Of a stretch of DNA of 64,000 nucleotides, positions 14,055 through 28,018 are shown piece by piece. The stretch's first letter is position 1. The number at the start of each line of letters is the position of its first letter. Source of the DNA: the human T2T-CHM13v2.0 reference genome, Homo sapiens. The notes below the pieces were generated by a model. The model was not told the origin of the DNA. It did no database searches and saw only the letters and a program-made list of their open reading frames with translations. The stretch is taken from NCBI RefSeq assembly GCF_009914755.1, contig NC_060929.1; one strand, given 5' to 3'. A program made the position numbers and the translations under genes.

Positions 14055-15545
14055 CATACCACAAAGGAAAAGATTATTAATTTGATTGTATTGAAAAGAG
14101 CATAAAACAGGTACAAGGTGGGAGAATGTATTAGCAACATAGGACTTTTTATATTTAGGAACTCCAAATCAATTAAAAAAAAGAAACACTAATAGAATAG
14201 AAAAAAGGGCAAGAGGCTTGAACAGGAAAATCATGAAAGGGGAAATCCAAGTGATCAATAAATCTATGTGGATGTATTCAATCTCATTTCTAATCAGACA
14301 AATACTGTCTTTAACTTAAGACAGAATGAGATTCCTACTTTACTCCAAACTAATTAAGAAAATTAGAAAGTCTGAAAATACAATGTGTTGGGTAAGGAAA
14401 TTGAGCAAATGGAAACTCTGGTACTGTGCTGCAAGTAGTACAGATTGGTAGAAACACAATGGAAAAAGGAAGTGGGCATTATTTACTATAATTGAGTGTT
14501 TGCATATTCTATGATTCATCAAGTCTACTCCAGGGTACATTCCCTTGAGAAATTCTTACGTATTTGCATCAAGATACATACACAAGAACGGTCCTAAAAC
14601 TCTTGTCCCTAGCTATCCCAAACTGGAATTTTGGAAACAACAAAGTGTCCATCAACAGTAGGATGAATACATTTTGGTATGTATCTCCAAAGTAATACTA
14701 CACAGCAATAAAAATAATTAAACTACATAGAACAAGATGGTCAGCTCTTAAACTACATAGAACAAGACGGTCAGCTCTTAAAAACAAACTATTCAGTGAA
14801 ATAAGAAAAGATGACAAAATAAATATAAATCCATTTCATATGGTTCAAAAATGAGCCCTATGCACTAGAATACAGAGTTTAGTAATGCTTACCATTAAAG
14901 TAAACTTTTCAGACTATTTACTTATAAGCAGGTAGCAAATATTAAAAAAAATTTTGAACACAAGGGAAAGGTAGAGATCTATTCAAACACTTATTCCTCA
15001 TATGTACATTTTATAGGAAAGGAGACAGATGAGGTAGTTATTTTTAGTCTAGATATATAAAGAATGAAAGTTTAGTTAAAGATATTAATAGTAGATTTTT
15101 GACTGATAGTCAACTGAGAGCAAAACTGATGAGTGAGTAGTTTCCAAAACAAATCTATATCTCATTAAAGTTTACTGGAAAATTGTTCAGGCACTGTATG
15201 AGGGATGCTAATCTTCTCCCCAAAAGTGTTTGTAAATTAAATCACAGAGACGAGCTCTATTCCAGACCAGGCTCGGGCAACTCTTACAGTATGTAGTGCA
15301 CAAAACTAAAAAGCAAGCTGAGGAAATCATTGCCATAAAGCTCAGGACAGTGGTTATCTGGCCAAGACAGAGAGAGGAGATGGGGATTGGGAAGAGACAC
15401 ACAGGGTTTCTAGAGCCCCATCCATGTTTTCTCATGTAGTTACAGTTATACATGTGGCTTTATTTTCTTTATTCATTAAACTGTACATTTATTTCTGAGG
15501 TGCTTTTCTGTGTATGTGTTATATTTCTTGACTTGAAAGGTAATA
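14055..15545 (+). mobile_element. L1ME-type 3' fragments, interrupted by unassigned sequence at about 14895-15290
   Basis: aaaaaagggcaagaggcttgaacagg, aaagtctgaaaatacaatgtgttggtaagg, aaagctcaggacagtggttatct, ttcattaaactgtacattt. Confidence 0.7.
14721..14780. repeat. 30-bp tandem duplication (2 copies, 1 mismatch)
   Basis: aactacatagaacaagatggtcagctctta / aactacatagaacaagacggtcagctctta. Confidence 0.97.
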
Positions 15546-17229
15546 AAGGGCAGATGAAAATCTGAGGCACAGAGTGATTAAGTGATTTATATTTTTCACA
15601 CTTGCATGACATATGTTACATGAGTGTAAAATTTATAGGGTGGAACCCTAGGATATAGTGAGCTTCTCTGGTACTTCAGAAAGCCTCACATTCTTCCCCC
15701 ACCTCACAGTGACTGCTTCCTCCTCTATTCTCACAGAGCTCATTGTTTAGACCTCTTACTGGCAATTGACGATGGACTGCCTCACAACCATTCATGTACT
15801 ATTATTGAACCTTTCTCATTCATATGCTTTGTCTTCCAGCTCACGGCTTGGCTCACAGTATCCTTCTGATACGCATTTATTACTAAAAAGCAATACAAAG
15901 TCTAAGTGTGAATCCCACATCAGAGCAGGTCATGTTAAGGCAATCTTCCAGTATTTACCATCATTTCTAAAACACGTTTCTCTAGTCCAGGTCTGAGGGT
16001 TAGACATGAAGGCTCATGTCTCTCGCATTGGTCAGAAAACTCTCCTACTCTCTCTACAAACCAGTACACTCTTGGTGACATGAAAGCATTTGTTATCTAA
16101 TTAGGTGTCAGCTTCTTTAGAGACTCATAAGGACCTTGAGGCTTAGAGCTTGCTGACCAACTCCTGTGCTGAAAAAAAAAAAAAAAAGCAATAGCATGGG
16201 CAGTAATCTGATATAGAATGAGAACACAATTACCTTATTTGCTCTATCTTTGTGAGGGATGGACTTAATTCTGATCGTGAACTGCTTTCCTAATATGAAT
16301 TCACTTTGCAGTTTCCATTCAAACCACAAAATTCAATCATTCTTTCAACAAATATTGTTAAGTATCTACTACATGCATATTGCCATGCCAAGACACAATG
16401 ATATAAGACATCCTGAATTTTCTTTTTAGAAACTCTCTGCCAAACACATTCTCATTTATTGATAGCTATTATCAAGTCAGAAATACATAAGTCATTAATT
16501 AGCAAAGAACCCTTCCCTTTGTAATAGGATGTTGTAACCAAGGTACCAAAATATAATAGCTATGACATTACAAGATAGAATGCTAGACCAAGATGCAAAT
16601 TTCAAAAGGGGTAGTTGGAAGAAATAATTGCAAAACTCTCTAATCCGTTACATTCATCCAGAGGATAAAAAATGGGAGAATAATACAGCTTGAGAAGAAA
16701 GATTTCCTCAGAGAATGTTATGCTATCTTTTTTCCTCCAAGAAAACGGCACAGAAGTAGTACTAGCTCCTAAAATAAAGTCTAATGAAAGAGACTTTGAG
16801 GACATTACTTAGAGAATCTCTAACGGGTATTTCAGTGGAGAAAATTATTGGTGTTTTATGAGTCTTTTCCTTCCCAAAGGGGAATAGAGGGCTTCCTTCT
16901 TGACCCCAGCCAAGAGAAATTAGGCTACAAAGAGAGCACTCAGATAGCTTTTCATTAATCTTCTTCTGTTAGAGGGGAACTCACTGAAATGGTGTCTGAT
17001 CCTGCCTGAAAACTCTGAAAAGCAAGAGATAGGTTGGCTTGTGGCTTTGGCAGCCAGAAAGAAGTTGCTGCATTTCCTGTATTTTGCTGAGGCGAAGATG
17101 AAGAAGGGATTCCCATGAGATGGGTATGGAACAGTACACACAAGAGCCAGTAATTTAGGTCTTGTCAAAAGAGCTCCCTGGAAGAAACTGAAGACAAGGC
17201 CTCAGATTCCCAGGTAGCTTACCTATTTG

Positions 17230-17910
17230 TCTCCCTTTTTCTGCCCTTGTGTGTTTCACTACAGAAGTCAAATATTTCTGCTAAAATGTAAGTCAAGCTC
17301 AGATTCTGCTTAAAACCCTCCAATGGCTTTCTGTGTCACAGGAGTAGAAAGCCAAGTCCCTACTATAACCCACGATGCTACCATGCCCTCATCTCCTCTT
17401 CTCTCTTCTGTGCACTGCAGCTATGCTGGCCTGCTGCTGTTTCTCACACTTCTCAGAGCTACTGCACCTGAGATTCCCTCCATCTGGAAAGATTCAATGC
17501 CTTGGAGGCTTTAGTCACCTTCTTCATGAGGCCTTCCCTCTGAACCCCATTTGAAATTTCAACCCTTCTCCTTCCCCCAAACTCTCCATTTCACCTTTCC
17601 TGGTTTTTGTTCTCTTTAGCTCTCATCACTGTTTAATTTGCTATATATACACATGTATATTTGTATATGTATGTATGTATTTATATTATATATGTACATG
17701 TATTATATATGTGTATATATTATGTACATATAATAAATATCTATAGTATAACTGTATGTATGTGTGTATGTAAAATCTTCCCACTAGAAACACAATTTCC
17801 ATAAAAGAATTTTTGTCTGTTTTGTTGACTGCTGCGTGTACTCAGGGCCTAAACCAGTGCCTGAAACAGAGTAGTTGCTCAACAAATATATGTTGACTGA
17901 ATAAATGCAC
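17230..17910 (+). mobile_element. L2a 3' end containing a TA-rich low-complexity tract (17642-17770)
   Basis: ctgcttaaaaccctccaatggctt, catgaggccttccct, cagtgcctgaaacagagtagttgctcaacaaatatatgttgactgaataaatg. Confidence 0.8.
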
Positions 17911-19052
17911 TTTAATAAAATGTTTGTGAATGACAATATTTCCTAGGTTGTTGTTCCAAAGAGGAAGCCAAAGGGGAAGAAACAGAAAACCCCAGGGGAA
18001 GAAACCAGTAAATCCACACACAAGTTTGCTCGACATGGTAAGATTTGAGCCTCTCGTTGCTTTGTTTTTCACATGCCCAGTGCAAAGATTTCAGGCAGTA
18101 ATAGTTATGATCTATGTTTTTCCCTTTTGTTTCCCTTCTGTTCTTGGTATTTAATAAAAAAAATCTGCAACTCCATCATTAGTGCATCATAAATCACCCA
18201 TGTTACGCAGTCTGTTCAGGCAGCTCTGATAGGAACCTCCTGGGCTGGATGAGAACTCAAGCAAGCCAGGAAATGTTTCAGTGGACATGAAAGCCAAGGG
18301 AAAAATCCTAGGGCATGAATCATGTGGGATTTCAATTTCCCTGATGCCAAGTATGATAACTATCATGGATTCCAAACAGTGTTGACAATACATGTTTTCT
18401 TTGACTGCAAAATTTCATAGAAATGTGTTCCTACCCTTAAAAATCCTGGGTCCAGAATTCAATTGTTATAGGAAGTAAAAGTTGCCAGGTGGCAGAGGAA
18501 TGAAGAGCAGGAACACTGCAATGTTAGAGATGCCTTCTTACCTCCCCTTCTGTGTGACTTCTACAGTTTCTTTCAAGATAGCCAAGAAACTCCAACAATT
18601 TAAGAAAAAAAGAAGAAAAAATATTAAAATTAGGTGAAAAATGTGTAAAAAACATCTCAGATCCAAATAAACTGGTTAAAACACAAACACTTGTGCATAC
18701 ACATGAACATGCATGCACACACATGACCACATGTGGCATACATGTTCACATGCACATTCATAGGCACCTTCTGAGGACCTCTCATTCCAATAGGTCACAA
18801 GAGAATCACAGCCCTAAACCTCTTAGGCTTTTTCAAATGTCATAGTCTATTATACATAAGAGTTCATTCATTCTACCATACATGCCTCTCAACCCACTTC
18901 TGCATGATGAGGAAGGTTGAAGTTACAAATGAAGATGGTGGAGGCTTTCTCAAAGCCTTCTGTTCATGTTTTTATCCAGATTAACCGTTTAATCCAAAAA
19001 TCTCTCCACTCATCATCAGCTATGAAAACTCTATCCATTCTGCAGATTCTAG

Positions 19053-19418
<366 letters not shown>

Positions 19419-19599
19419 TAATTGGAGATATACCTCCACCCAGTTATTTTCACAGAAAGCCTCTGAAATCAAAGAACACATCCCTTTTGCACAACTGCAG
19501 AGTCAAATGTTAACCAGCTCAATGTTTCACACTGTGCTCCAAAGAAAAATGTTTTGTGATACTTTAAAAAACCGAAACCAAACCAAACAAACAAAAACA

Positions 19600-19840
19600 A
19601 AATAGACTTCCTGGCCAAACAGTGTTAGAAAACCCTATATACTCTGTCCTTTTCTTGGAGATTCACAATCTATATTAGCATAGTAAAGGCCCCGAAAATC
19701 CTGCAATGAAGAAATGTGATTAACTTGGTTTAACCCAGTATTTTCCAAAGTTGTTTGACCAAATTTTCCAGTTTTCGTATATCAATAAACCTTTCTCGGA
19801 AAGCTAGTTTTACATGGAACACAGTGTAGGAAACACTGAT
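19600..19840. mobile_element. hAT-Charlie DNA transposon remnant
   Basis: ggagattcacaatctatattagcatagtaaaggc...cctgcaatgaagaaa and terminal ggaacacagtgtaggaaacactg. Confidence 0.55.
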
Positions 19841-20464
19841 CTAATATAACTCCCTCAAGGGAAGAGATGATGAAATTGAGGTCTGGAGAAGTAAAATAAC
19901 TGAATAAAGACCACAAGCTACTTTGTCAAGGAGCCAGTAGTACACCTCAGGTCTCTTGTCTTCCAATCCAATGCTCCTTCATGATACCACCATGATAAAA
20001 TTATATTATGGTATGAAATTATAGGCTTATAACTTTTATTTTACGTCTCACCAAACTTCTTGGACATTGAAATCTTTTTGGTGGTATTTTCCTTTGGGAG
20101 AAAATGTCTTATAAGCACAAAATAGAGAAAGCCATTTTTTAGTTCAATAAAACATTTTGATATATACCAAAAAAAGTAGTTAGCAAATCTAATCTGTATA
20201 GTCCTAAGAATCAGAATTCATATTAACAAGCTGAATTTACAGAAATCCAGAATTCTTGAATACCCTGTAAACAAGGTGGTTAAAAAAAAAACGCAAGTTT
20301 AGCCTCATACTACACAGCAGGCACAAGCATTAAAAATAAATAAATAAATCCCTTCCGGAACTTGCTCTATAGTATTTGTTCCTTTATCAAAATCCTTTGA
20401 ATAAAAACCAAAAAAAAAAGAGGATATATTTGTTGAATGAGATCGCGGAGTTATTTATGGCAGA

Positions 20465-20970
20465 TATTGTTGACTGCCTATCAACAGCTTCCCCTCCCAT
20501 TTTCCCTTCGTGATTTGGGTCAGAGCAGGCAGCCAAGTGCTCAGGAAAGGTGAGCCTCTCTCCTATTTCGAAAATATAAGCCATGATTGGTGCATGCCAT
20601 GATTATTCTAGCTGCATTTGGCAGTGGACTTAAATGTGGAAATATAACTAATATATAAGGAAAGTATATCAGGGTTTCTGGAGAAGACTTTTACCCCCAA
20701 AGTCTTCTTGGAGGTAGTAGGTTAGGCCCACTTTGTATACCTTCCTATATTTATATAAAACTGTAGTGAAATAGTGATGTCTGGAACCACTGAAACCATC
20801 TTGACACTGTAAGCATTTCATCTGAGAACAAAAGCTAATATGTTGAGGCTGGCAAAACAGAGGGGTGGAAAGGGCTGACCTGGGCCCTTGATCACATCAC
20901 TGAGGCACTGAATTATCTGTAGTACCTCTAACTCCAAGCTAATGTAGGATAATAAAAAGCCCATTTTGAG
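20465..20970 (+). mobile_element. Old MLT1 (J/K-like) LTR
   Basis: gtgatgtctggaaccactgaaaccatcttg ... gggcccttgatcacatcactgaggcactgaatta. Confidence 0.6.
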
Positions 20971-21719
20971 TGCTGACATTTATGATCATCCTCCCTTATT
21001 CCTTCCTTCTAGTTCAAGACTGAGCTTCATCTTCCTTTCAGTTATGGAACAGCCAAGTTTGTCCTGCTAGGCCACAGATCTGTCCAATTTCTTTATCTTT
21101 TGATTGAAACCTCTGTGCTAGAGCTCGCTGCCTTGCAGACTCCCTGGGCTATGCCAAGTGTGTCTTTTAATCTTCCCTTAGTTGCAAACACCCCCTTAGT
21201 TCCTCTATGCTTAGTTACTAACCTGCATCAGCTATTCGCAGGGTGCTATCCTCTCACTCACTTCTCCCTATTTTCTCTCTTCTTTTCCCTTCGCTCTTCC
21301 AGACTACAGCTTCTCTTGTTTCTGCCTTCACTTCCAGAAAGCAAGAGTTCTCTGCAAGTCCACACTGTCACCTCAGTGCAAATATTTAAAAACTGAAGAT
21401 CACACATTTTCTACATACACCAAAATCAACCACTCTTTTCCAATCTCCCAGGCTTTAGTTCCCTCTTCTTCCAGCAAATGAACACCTTTTGTAAAGAATA
21501 TTTTAATGAAAACAACAATGACAAATTCAGTTTTGCCCAAGGCCACCCTGCCTTCATAAGAGAGACTCCGTGGTGACAGTGTCCAAGATTTCCTTGTATC
21601 CACTGAAGTGCTTAACAGTACATTTATCAGTGCTCAATAACCATTTCCTGAGTGATTTGTGAAAATGTAGCCCCAATTAATTTATTTCAATAAAAGAAAA
21701 AATGACCATGAAAAAAACA

Positions 21720-22935
21720 TTTGGTTAGTTGGAAGATATTTGGTTATTTTGCCTAAATAAAATTATGGATCCAAGGGTATTTCAACAATGATTTCAAACT
21801 GACATGTTGAAACTATGAGGACCTTAATTACAACATCTCATACTTGTACAGTGTTTAATGACTTACAAACAGGCTTTGCTTTGATTACCTCATCCAACCA
21901 TCCATTATGTGATACGTTACTTTTAGATATATCGTTTGTACAATGATATTAGTAAACAATTTGAGAGACAGCATATGATCAGAGGTCTCCCATAAGCACA
22001 TATTTCAAGTAGAAGTTGATCTGAAGCTTAAAAAAAGAAAATAAAAATGTAAAATAAACTCTCCAGGACAGAATCCAATGTGTTAGTAAAGCCAGATCTA
22101 GGACACTGTGTTTATTTCTCAATGCTATGTTGTAAAAGAAACACTGTCAAAACAATGTATCCAGACAAAGGCAACCAAGATACTGTCTGGAAATTATCTC
22201 AAATGATGAAGGAGAGAACTGAGAACATTTAACCTATAAGAGGACAAATTGCAGGGATGACACAGACATCTTTACCTCCAAAGGTTGTCAAGTGCAAAGG
22301 CAGCAGGATTCTTTCCACCATGCTTTTGAGGGCCAATAAGTGGAAGTTAAAGAGGAAAGGAATCAACGTAAGAATATCAAGAATTTTCTAATACCCATCT
22401 CTACCACTGCTCGCCAACCTTCTAGGGCAGAGGTCCCTAATCCCCGAGCCATAGACTAGTACCAGTCCATGGACTATTAGGAACCAGGCCGTACAGCAGG
22501 AGGCAAGTGGCAGGCCAGCAAACATTAAGACCAGAGCTCCGCTTCCTGCCAGATCAGCAGAGGCATTAGAGCCTCATAGGAGTATGAACCCTGTCATGAA
22601 CTGAGCACGCAGGGATCTAGGTTGTGTGCTCCTTATGAGAATCAAATGATAAATGTAATGGACTTGAATCATCCCAAAACCAACCCCACCACCACCACTC
22701 GTGCGTGGAAAAATTGTCTTCCAAAAAGCAAGTCACTGGTGCCAAAAAGGTTGTGGACCACTGTTCTAGGCTGTTCAATGTAAAGAAATTCTCTAAAAAC
22801 TAAACTAATGATATGCTGGCTTGCATGGGGATTAAAAATCTCTGAAGAGTTTCCAGTGCTCTGCCTCTGGAATTATGTGAGAGGGAGTCCTATATTGGCA
22901 AGATGAACCAGATAACCTCTAGAAATCCTTCCAGC
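21720..22935 (+). mobile_element. L3/CR1 fragments split by MER1
   Basis: tccagacaaaggcaaccaagat ... gaactgagaacatttaacct ... ggccaataagtggaagtta; terminus gataacctctagaaatccttccagc. Boundaries approximate. Confidence 0.5.
22428..22763 (+). mobile_element. MER1-type hAT-Charlie element
   Basis: cagaggtccctaatcccc ... ggtgccaaaaaggttgtggaccactg; 8-bp TSD ttctaggg (22420-22427) / ttctaggc (22764-22771). Confidence 0.92.
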
Positions 22936-23556
22936 GTGCTCTGAGAGCAATCCAGGAATCATTGATGAATCCCACTCAATTTATTTTTGTGACTAATCTT
23001 TTCTTTCCAAGTAGCAAGATAACTAAATGTATAGATTGCTAAAAATAAAGGTAAACAAATGAAATCTAACCTAGAATGATTGGCATTGAGCATTCCCAGC
23101 ACCTAGAACACTACCAGGCACAGAGTAGGAGCCCCATAAATATGTGTGGTCTAATAAATGATATAACGATCTAAAAGTTAGGTGATTCCTACAGGTTTTC
23201 AAACAGTTTCACACACATTAGTTCTTTGGAGCTTTCAGCAATAACCTTGTAAAGCAGGCTAGACAAATTGGTAGACCCATTTTATATACCCTGTTTTGTT
23301 TCCCTCCCTCAGGAATGCTTTTTAATGCTTTAGGTTTCGTCACAGGTTGTTATAAGAAAATTCCATCATAAGGATATCTTATGTAAAACCAGAGTTAAAA
23401 CCATAACTGTCCATCATGCCCCTCATATAAGAAATATGATAAATTCCTCCTCAATTAATCCCAGGAGAAAGTCGGCCTTGCCATACTGATTTGCTTGTTC
23501 TGTCCTTGCTCTGCCTGCTCTCTCTTCTTTCTATCCTTCCTTCCTTCCTCCCTTTC

Positions 23557-24291
23557 ATTTTGCTTTTTAATTTAAATTCTTTTATTTTATATTTTAAGTT
23601 CCAGAATACATGTGCAGGATGTGCACATTTGTTACATAGGTAAACATGTGCCATGGTGGTTTGCTGCACCTGTCAACCCATCACCTAGGTATTAAGCCCA
23701 GCATGCATTAGCTATTTGTCATGATGCTCTCCCCCCAGTCTCCCACCACCACAGGCCCCATTGTGTGTTGTTCCCCTCCCTAGATCCATGTGTTCTCACT
23801 GTTCATCTCCCACTTGTAAGTGAGAACATGTGGTGTTTGGTTTTCTGCTCCTGCATTAGTTTGCTGAGGATAATGGCTTCCAGCTCCCTCCATGTCCCTG
23901 CAAAGGACATTCTCTCATTCCTTTTTATGGCTGCATAGTATTCCATGGTGTATATGTACCACATTGTCTTTATTCAGTCTATCATTGACGGGGATTTGTG
24001 ATGATTCCATGTCTTTGCTATTGTGAATAGTGCTTCAGTGAATATATGTGTGCATGTATCTTTATAATAGAATGATTTGTATTCCTTTTGGTGTATATCC
24101 GGTAATGGGATTGCTGGGTCAAATGGTATTTCTGGTTCTAGATCTTTGAGGAATCGCCATACTGTCTTCCACAGTGGTTGAACTAATTTACATTTCTCAC
24201 CAACAGTGTAAAAGCGTTCCTATTTCTCTGCAACCTCGCCAGCATCTGTTGTTTCTTGACATTTTAGTAATTGCCATTCTGACTGGCATGA
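23557..24291 (-). mobile_element. 5'-truncated L1PA (about PA10 age) 3' end
   Basis: Antisense L1 3'UTR and ORF2 end; perfect 13-bp TSD cttcctccctttc at 23544-23556 and 24292-24304. Confidence 0.93.
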
Positions 24292-24624
24292 CTTCCTCCC
24301 TTTCTTTGTTCTTCCCTTCATTTCTTTCTTCTTTCCTTCCTTCTGTTTCTTTTCTACAGAAGGTAATAGGGGCTGTATAAACAAACATAGTTCCTTCTTT
24401 GCCCTAGAAGTTGCTAAGAAATTCAATCAACCTTTTGCTTCTAACTTTGACATCCCAAGTTCCTTACACAAACCTCTGCAACTCTGTAACTAATCAAGAC
24501 TTAAAAATTTGTTTTTGATAAGCAATGTACCTTTGGCTTGATACATGAAACAGTTAAAAGTACAGCTGTTGAGAGCAGAGCTACAAGCACTCCCAACAAA
24601 TCTCCCTAAAAAATCCCCCACTGC

Positions 24625-25035
24625 AAGCTTAAAAAGTTGATATAATAAAGGTAGAGAGTAGAATAATAAATACTAGAGACTGGAAAGGGAGAGGGGCTGA
24701 AGAGAGGTAAGTTAATCAATACAAACACAGTCAGATAAAAGGTATAAGTTCTATGGTTTGACAACAAAGTGTTGTCTGTGACTATAGTAAACAGTAGAGT
24801 AGCTATAGTAAACAACAGTGTATTATAGATATACAATGTATTATGTATTTCAAAGTATCTAGAAGAGAGGACTAGAACTGTTCCCAACATGTAGAAATAA
24901 TACTCAAAGTGATGGATACCTCAGATACTCTGACTATTCTACACATGTAGCAAGATATCACCTGTACCCCATAAATATGGAAAACATCATCAATTTAAAA
25001 AATGAAAAGAAAAGAAAATTAAGCAAAGAAAAAAA
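24625..25035 (+). mobile_element. L1MA 3' end
   Basis: ggtagagagtagaataat, gtatttcaaagtatctagaagagagg, gtgatggatacc, tgtaccccataaatatg, A tail. Confidence 0.85.
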
Positions 25036-25199
25036 ACCAATCCCCTACCCCCCGATGGCGCTAGATCCCCTATTATTCCAGTGATTGTCATTTGAAAACC
25101 ACTGCTCTATAACATTTTTTAAAATTTTAGCTGCCTCATTTTGTGTTTTTATTATAAACCATATGAAAATGTTTTTGATATTAGGCACATGAAAAGTGT

Positions 25200-25460
25200 A
25201 TCCATTTCCATACATTTTACACATAAGAAAATGGAAACAGTGAGACAGTAACAGTAGGTAGCAAGTAGGTAGAGTCAAGATTAGAACCCAAAATCGATTT
25301 TAGACTCAAGTAGTATCTAGGTTAACCTTTCTGAGCTACGATTTACACACATATGAAAATGATTACCATAATTATCTATCTTGCCACAGTGCTTTGAGGA
25401 TTAAATGAAATAAAGTGTGTAAATAATGCTACATAGTACTTGACACATAATAGGTACTTA
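25200..25460. mobile_element. MIR fragments (both orientations)
   Basis: ccattttacacataagaaaatggaaacag and tgaggattaaatgaaataaagtgtgtaaa...cttgacacataatagg. Confidence 0.6.
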
Positions 25461-26268
25461 CTCTTATCTCCATTACTTTTTTTTGACTCCTACCACTCTG
25501 GTCTGGTCAACATGTTACGTTAACAAAAAATTTTAGAAAAAAAAAAGAAGGAGATGCTAAGTCTGGACCCCAGGAAACATGGGGACAGCTGACAGTACTG
25601 ACAAGCAACTGCAGGATGAGACTGGCCAAAAAGAGTTGGTTAGCCTGAGACTCATCAGTGATGTTGAAACAAAGGTAAGATTGTCAAACTTTGCTAGCAA
25701 AAGAAAATGGGTCCTCATAAAAGGCTGAAAATGAGACACAGACTCAGACCAAAACAAGGATTTAAAGATTTTGTCACTAACCCCATCACCATCAAATCCA
25801 ATAGATGGGGCAGGTTTTGACTTTCCGAGCCCGTCCCAGACATTTCACTTTCAAGGAAACACATTAAATTGCATGAATGTGAAGAATTACAACTTCAACA
25901 AAGCCACTGGAAAATAATGTTAAAGAGCATTTATTAGCCCAGCCCAGCAAATCTGTCCTCCAGCTCCTCTGTCAGACCCCTCCAACAGGAAAGCTTTTAA
26001 AGTAATATTTTAGCTCTACCACTGACATCTCCCTATAAACTAATGTGATGTTTGGCACAGAAGGGTGTTTATTTAGGTGTGTGATGGTTCTGGCTGTTAG
26101 CGTGGAGAAAAAAGTTATTTCTCTCCTTCCCTTCAGAGACCATCCAAGTACTTGTTTGACAAAGTGAACACCCATTACACACAAAAGGGGGGCTGGGCCA
26201 GACTTCTGCAAAACTAAGTAGGTGAATTTGTTCCTGACACTTCCCTCCCACCCCTTCTGGCTGTGAGT

Positions 26269-26295
26269 CCCATCCCCTACCCCCAGTTGTCCCCC
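26269..26295 (-). other. Canonical G-quadruplex-forming motif
   Basis: Minus strand reads GGGGG-acaact-GGGGG-ta-GGGG-at-GGG. Confidence 0.6.
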
Positions 26296-26737
26296 TGTAA
26301 AATCCAGGTTACCTACCCCGGACTCTTTTTGCCAAGATTTTACTGTTATCTAATTATCAGTGGATGCCCTTTCTTTCTTTCTCCCATCCTTTCGAACAAG
26401 TTTTAGCTGATAAGTATTCTCAAGAAAATTTAAATTTTAATTGATGCTTAGTTAAGAATGTTGAAAGGTCTTCAGAACTTAAAGGAATGAAACCCAACTG
26501 ACAGAATTTGAGGTTCTATGATGGCTGCGAGGGAGATGTTTTTGAGCTCACACAAGTTAATCCGTCGTCCCATAAAAGTGACTATCTACTATCCCTATAT
26601 TCAAGGCTAACCTGGGAGGAGATGGCCATTTCCCTAGAGGCACCTAGGAGAAGGAAATTATATAACAAATTAATATATGTTATCTATCGAACTATCTCTC
26701 TATAGTAGTATATAGTATAAATAGATTGATGATAGAC

Positions 26738-26823
26738 TGTGTGTATGTGTATATATATATATATACACACACACATTCATATATATATAATATATATATA
26801 TTATATATATATTATATATATAT
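26738..26823. repeat. (TG)/(TA)n/(CA) compound microsatellite
   Basis: Direct reading of the sequence. Confidence 0.95.
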
Positions 26824-27903
26824 AAAGTTTCATGCATATCCAGGCCTGATAAGTTTTCTTTAAAAATTCAGGGGATTTCTTTTGAAGTCATACAACCTTT
26901 GCAAATGTTTCCATAATTATATTTTGGCTGACTGCAGAATTATTCTGCACTAGCAGGCTGCTCTCTGCACTAACAGCTCATTTCTAACAGGAATCTTCTA
27001 GGGTAGTATAGTTGGACAGCCAAGTGACCTCCAGAGAGCAGCTACTTAAATTGCCATAAATCCAATTCACACAGATGAGTTTCTAGAAATAGCAAGTCAC
27101 TGACTCCATGCTGGCCACCCTTCTCTTTATCATGAAAAGTGTAGGATACCCTAGAAGTCACAGACACAGGCAAAATACATCAGGGATAATTTCAACATTT
27201 AATATAAGTTCGTATTTTTTAAGTCCAGCAAAGTATATGCCTTGGTGTAGAAAGACAGTGAGATAATAGGGAGAATTGGAAGGAATGAAAGCAAAGACAG
27301 AATATGAAGAGGAAAGTATATCAGGCCCTTAGATGAATAACAAAAAATAAAAAAGAAAGAAAGATGGAATCCGAACTCTTCATCTGTAACTATCAGAAGT
27401 TTGTGGTGGAATATTTTCTTTAAGCCTTAAAGTGAAGGCTCTCAGGCCAGAACATCTGTGGAATTGGACAAAAGGCTAATAATTCAGAGCCTTATGATTG
27501 CCAACTTCTCCCCTCCCCTCCCTTCCGTCCTCAGCACCAGCAAAGAGCAATACATTAAGAAAGTGTTTAGACTGTCAGGAAATATGATTAATTTTTTTTT
27601 TACTCTGCTGTAAAAGCCTACTACACACTGGAACATAAGCAAATGCTTTCCTCGCAACCGAGTCTGGGTGGAACCTTTGCATTAGTTTAACGCCCATCAA
27701 GGGATAGCCTTGTCCCTCCATGGATACAGGGAACACAATCCATGTTACAAGAAAGATTTTGACCTTTCTATATTCCCCTTTTCCTTCAGAACCCCTTGGA
27801 ATCTCACTCAAAACTAGAAAGCCTCACAATGGAAAATTAACACAAATAAATAGTCCATGTACTTACAGGACCAAAATGGGATAAAGAAATATGAAATCCT
27901 GGA

Positions 27904-28018
27904 GGTATATATACACCCATGAAGTTGTATATATACATCCATGAAGTTGTATACATTGAATACACACAGCTTTTTGTATGCCAGTCATACCACAATAAAG
28001 TGATTTAATAAAAAAGAA
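27904..28018 (+). mobile_element. Very short L1MB-type 3' end with an internal 22-bp tandem duplication
   Basis: gtatacattgaatacacacagctttttgtatgccagtcataccacaataaag plus A tail; flanks aagaaatatgaaatcctgga / aagaaacctgaaagcctgga are TSD-like; gtatatataca(c/t)ccatgaagtt x2 at 27905-27948. Confidence 0.65.

Noticed and set aside
18542-18589. Possible 48-nt minus-strand exon (GAG|GTAAGA donor with an upstream T tract)
   Set aside because: Acceptor is weak (GAG, displaced from the pyrimidine tract) and the peptide is unrecognisable; such donors are common.
25560-25680. Plus-strand donor AAG|GTAAGA after purine-rich exon-like sequence
   Set aside because: No polypyrimidine tract or acceptor upstream.
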